Shown here piece after piece: positions 37,936 through 41,038 of a stretch of DNA of 41,038 nt. Source of the stretch: an uncultured Gammaproteobacteria bacterium (GTDB lineage Bacteria > Pseudomonadota > Gammaproteobacteria > CAWJPQ01). Where the stretch lies: contig CAYXAX010000004.1 of NCBI GenBank assembly GCA_964463055.1, forward strand, positions 1-41,038. Reading direction: 5' to 3'. The first letter of the stretch is position 1. Every line of letters begins with the position of its first letter. Under the pieces are notes generated by a model. That model was not told the DNA's origin, searched no databases, and saw only the letters and a list, made by a program, of their open reading frames with translations. Position numbers and translations under genes: made by a program.

Positions 37936-38928
37936 GTGGCGACCATCACCTTCAATGGTAAGTGTTACGCCTTGCGCGACGAGGAGTCGGTGCTGGACGG
38001 ATTATCGCGCCACGGTGTTCATGTCCCTTCCTCCTGTCATAGCGGTGTCTGCCAGAGCTGCCTGATGCGATCCGTCGACGGTACGCCACCTGCGGCGTCG
38101 CAGAAGGGATTGCGGGAGTCCTTGAAAGAGCGCGATCACTTTCTTGCCTGCCAGTGCCATCCGGCAACCGACATGGAGATCGCGCTGCCCGGGGACGATG
38201 ATCTTCCCCGGGTGGCTGTGAAAGTGATCGCCAAGCAGCCCCTGAGTGCGCGCGTTATGCTGCTGCGCCTGCAGTACCCGGACAGCTTCGCGTTCCGGGA
38301 GGGGCAGTTCATCAACCTGTTTCATGATGGGGCGGTACGAAGCTATTCCATCGCCAACATCCCCAATGCGGACCGGATGCTGGACCTTCATGTCTACCGT
38401 GTCGACGATGGGAGGGTGAGCGCCTGGATACATGAAGGGCTGGCGGTGGGTGATTGCCTGACAATACAAGGCCCTTTTGGTGATTGCGTGTATCACCCCG
38501 AGCACTCTGATCAGCCGTTGTTGTTGATCGGTACGGGATGCGGTCTTGCACCCCTGCGGGGTATCGTGCATCGTGCCTTGAAGCAGGGGCACACGGCGCC
38601 CATTTACCTGTTTCACGGCAGCCGCACGCGCGACGGCGTCTATCTGGAAAAGGAAATGCGGGAGCTCAAAGACCACTATTCGAAATTTCACTATACGCCC
38701 TGTCTGTCCGGTGAAAAATCGGCCGCGGGTTTTACTTCAGGCCGCGCTGCGGATATCGCCTTGGCCCAACACCCCACGCTCAAGGGCTGGCGTATTTATC
38801 TTTGCGGCAATACCAACATGGTGAAGGCTACCAGAAAGAAGGCCTATCTGGCCGGCGCGTCCCTCGCCGATATTCATGCTGACCCGTTTGAATTCAGCCA
38901 CAACGCATCCGCCTCAGCGAATGTGTAA
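37936..38928 (+). CDS. 2Fe-2S ferredoxin / FAD-NAD(P)H oxidoreductase fusion
   Basis: SCHSGVCQSC...LACQ cluster motif, RSYSIAN, GRVS, GPFG, IGTGCGLAP, YLCG. Confidence 0.92.
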   Translation: MATITFNGKCYALRDEESVLDGLSRHGVHVPSSCHSGVCQSCLMRSVDGTPPAASQKGLRESLKERDHFLACQCHPATDMEIALPGDDDLPRVAVKVIAKQPLSARVMLLRLQYPDSFAFREGQFINLFHDGAVRSYSIANIPNADRMLDLHVYRVDDGRVSAWIHEGLAVGDCLTIQGPFGDCVYHPEHSDQPLLLIGTGCGLAPLRGIVHRALKQGHTAPIYLFHGSRTRDGVYLEKEMRELKDHYSKFHYTPCLSGEKSAAGFTSGRAADIALAQHPTLKGWRIYLCGNTNMVKATRKKAYLAGASLADIHADPFEFSHNASASANV

Positions 38929-38937
38929 GCAGGGCTG

Positions 38938-39116
38938 GGCGCCTGTCGGACGTAGGACTGATCTACTGCGCCGATGGGAGAGCGGCCTATTATTGCGATC
39001 CTCTTCGTCAAATAGCTATGGCTCCACCCTTTGCTTCGCTCTTCCCTCAAACGATCGAAACACTGCCCTCGCTTTCCCACCTTGCTCGCTACGATCGCCT
39101 AAGTCCGCCATGCGAC
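38938..39116. mobile_element. MITE copy 2 (179 bp, right TIR decayed)
   Basis: Colinear with 31732-31909 (GTAGGACTGATCTACTGCGCCGATGG, CTTCCCTCAAACGATCGAAACAC, CCTTGCTCGCTACGATCGCCTAAG shared); flanks CTG and TAG. Confidence 0.85.
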
Positions 39117-39396
39117 TAGGCGCATGGCGCCGGGTCATGGAGTCAGCGGGGGGCGGAAAATAGAAAATTGATTTCGCACCGGTCTGAATCTATGCCGCGA
39201 ATATCATGTATGGCCTGACACGGCATCTCCATGCGCTTCGCCACGAACATAACCCAGTTCGGTAACAACCTGGCGACCAAAGAGTTCAAGTCCCGTCAGG
39301 CGGAATAGAACAGGCGCAAATCCGTCGCGGCGCCGAAACTCTAATATGATTATCTATGATTATCCGACCCCTTTGGGCCGCATCTTATAGCAGCGG

Positions 39397-40254
39397 CTAC
39401 GCGGTACAGCAGCGCATAAATGCCCGTGCCGCATTGGATAGAGTGCGCCGCGTATGATGAACAATCCCCAGGTTGCGCTGCACTGAGATGTTTTTCCCCT
39501 GAGGCAGTCGCAGTGCTTCTTCCAGCATGGTGTCCGGCAGCAGGCTCCAGCCCAACCCCGCCGACACCAGCATCTTGATGGTCTCAAGATAATGAGTCTC
39601 CATGCGGGTCTCCAACTGATCGATACCGAGGGCGGCATCAATCAGTGCCCGGGTATAGGTGCCGCGGTCAGGCAGAATGGCGGGATACTTGGCCAGTTCC
39701 TTGGCGGTAATCCTGCGTTCCCTGCGCAGGGGATGTTCAGGGCTGGCGGCGAGCACCATGCGGTCAGCCCACACCTCCCGCAGGGTGAGGGGTGTACTGC
39801 CCTGGGGCGGCAGGGTCACTAGGGCCAGTTCCAGGTCGCCCCGTTCCACGGCGCGGCAGGCGAGTTCCGAATCCATGAAAGACAGGTCCAGGCGCACCTC
39901 GGGGTAGCGGCGGGTGAATGCGCGCAGCACCGGCGGCAGACGGTGCAGGCTGATGTGGTGGCTGGTGGCCATCAGCAGCGGTCCGCGCACCGCGCCGGTC
40001 AGGTTGTGGATGCTGCGGCGGGCGTCCTCCACGTCCTGAAGGATGCGCCGGGCGTGGACCTGCAGCTCGCGGCCGGCTTCGGTCAGGGTTACCCGGTGGC
40101 CGAGGCGGTCGAACAGGCGGCTGTCGAGGCGGCCTTCAAGGGCGGCGATGCGTTTGCTCACGGCCGGCTGCGTCAGGTACAGGGCATCCGCCGCCTGGGA
40201 GAAGGAGCGGTGCTCGGCGACGCTGAGAAAGGCTTGCAGGTCATCGATATTCAT
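39397..40254 (-). CDS. LysR family regulator divergent from leuC
   Basis: SFSQAADALYLTQPAVSKRIAALE HTH, ATSHHISLHRLP; start set at ATG 40254. Confidence 0.93.
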   Translation of the reverse strand: MNIDDLQAFLSVAEHRSFSQAADALYLTQPAVSKRIAALEGRLDSRLFDRLGHRVTLTEAGRELQVHARRILQDVEDARRSIHNLTGAVRGPLLMATSHHISLHRLPPVLRAFTRRYPEVRLDLSFMDSELACRAVERGDLELALVTLPPQGSTPLTLREVWADRMVLAASPEHPLRRERRITAKELAKYPAILPDRGTYTRALIDAALGIDQLETRMETHYLETIKMLVSAGLGWSLLPDTMLEEALRLPQGKNISVQRNLGIVHHTRRTLSNAARAFMRCCTA

Positions 40255-40263
40255 GCGCTTATA

Positions 40264-40282
40264 ATATTCCAAATAGGAATAT
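40264..40282. promoter_or_regulatory. Probable LysR recognition site
   Basis: ATATTCC-AAATA-GGAATAT, a perfect 7 bp inverted repeat containing T-N11-A, next to the LysR start; a weaker TCAT-N7-ATGA follows toward leuC. Confidence 0.65.
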
Positions 40283-40366
40283 AAATCATAAAAATAATGA
40301 ATTTGAGTTATTTTACGCGCATGGCTAGGATAGTGTCATCCTGGTGGTTGAGTGAGGAGAACAGCG

Positions 40367-41038
40367 GTGAGCGCCAAGACCTTGTACGACAAATTGTGGG
40401 ATGCCCACGTGGTGCGCGAGCACGGGGACGGCAGTTGCCTCATTTATATAGACAGGCATTTGATCCACGAGGTGACCTCGCCCCAGGCCTTCGAGGGCCT
40501 GCGCCAGGCCGGGCGCAGCCCATGGCGGTGCGCGGCCAATCTGGCCACGCCGGACCACAACGTGCCCACCGCCGACCGCCGCCGTGGTGTCGCCGGCATC
40601 ACCGATCCGGTGGCTAAGCTGCAGGTGGAGACCCTGGACGGCAACTGCGACGCCTTCGGCATCACCGAATTCAAGATCAATGACCCGCGCCAGGGCATTG
40701 TGCACGTGGTCGGGCCGGAGCAGGGCGCCACCCTGCCGGGCATGACCGTGGTGTGCGGCGATTCCCATACCTCGACCCACGGCGCACTGGGCGCGCTGGC
40801 TCACGGCATCGGCACCTCCGAGGTGGAGCATGTGCTGGCGACCCAGTGCGTGGTACAGAAAAAGTCCGCGAACATGCTGGTCCGGGTCAACGGCAGGGTA
40901 GGCGCGGGGGTGACGGCCAAGGACATCGTGCTGGCCATCATCGGCAGGATCGGCACCGCCGGCGGCAGCGGTCATGCCATCGAGTTCGCTGGCGAGGCGG
41001 TCATGCATCTGTCCGTCGAAGGGCGCATGACGGTGTGC
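40367..41038 (+). CDS. leuC: 3-isopropylmalate dehydratase large subunit, 5' part (partial)
   Basis: GTG start after GAGGAG; [58 protein letters not shown]. Absent from the ORF track because it runs off the window. Confidence 0.97.
   Translation, partial: MSAKTLYDKLWDAHVVREHGDGSCLIYIDRHLIHEVTSPQAFEGLRQAGRSPWRCAANLATPDHNVPTADRRRGVAGITDPVAKLQVETLDGNCDAFGITEFKINDPRQGIVHVVGPEQGATLPGMTVVCGDSHTSTHGALGALAHGIGTSEVEHVLATQCVVQKKSANMLVRVNGRVGAGVTAKDIVLAIIGRIGTAGGSGHAIEFAGEAVMHLSVEGRMTVC

Noticed and set aside
40255-40366. Leucine attenuator or leader peptide before leuC
   Set aside because: No Leu-rich short ORF or terminator hairpin; the layout fits LysR control.
40325-41008. 227 aa minus-strand ORF
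   Set aside because: Antisense to leuC, which is unambiguous on the plus strand.
1-41038. CRISPR array, tRNA/rRNA, integron attC array, prophage or defence genes
   Set aside because: No regularly spaced repeats, RNA gene signatures, consistent attC structures or recognisable integrase, phage or defence proteins were seen by eye.

Overview
A ~41 kb window from a moderately GC-rich bacterium; gene content suggests a gammaproteobacterium (inference). Housekeeping anchors are gloA (4.9 kb) and a LysR gene divergent from leuC at the right edge (leuC is truncated by the window). The left half (0-21 kb) is a mosaic accessory region. It holds the 3' end of a PEP-CTERM protein, an SPW-repeat protein, and a histidine kinase with an ETR1-type ethylene-binding domain plus its Rcp1-like receiver. 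It also holds a set of tailoring enzymes: a TPR-TylF methyltransferase, an FkbM-like methyltransferase, two paralogous TPR-sulfotransferases, an FkbH protein with an RRE/PqqD-like N-terminus, a GNAT and a JmjC oxygenase. Many spacers in this half carry degenerate GGGG(A/T)CA-type motifs and short inverted repeats, and the 3' end of gloA is duplicated ~2.9 kb downstream. The right half has DUF748, a ferritin-like protein, two MscS proteins, the azoR-pirin-doxX/LysR module, surface lipoproteins, CorA, a second cupredoxin, a PAS-GAF-GGDEF cyclase, a truncated haemoglobin with a ferredoxin reductase, and two copies of a ~180 bp MITE. No rRNA, tRNA, CRISPR array, integrase or transposase was recognised. 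All calls come from reading motifs by eye, with no database search.
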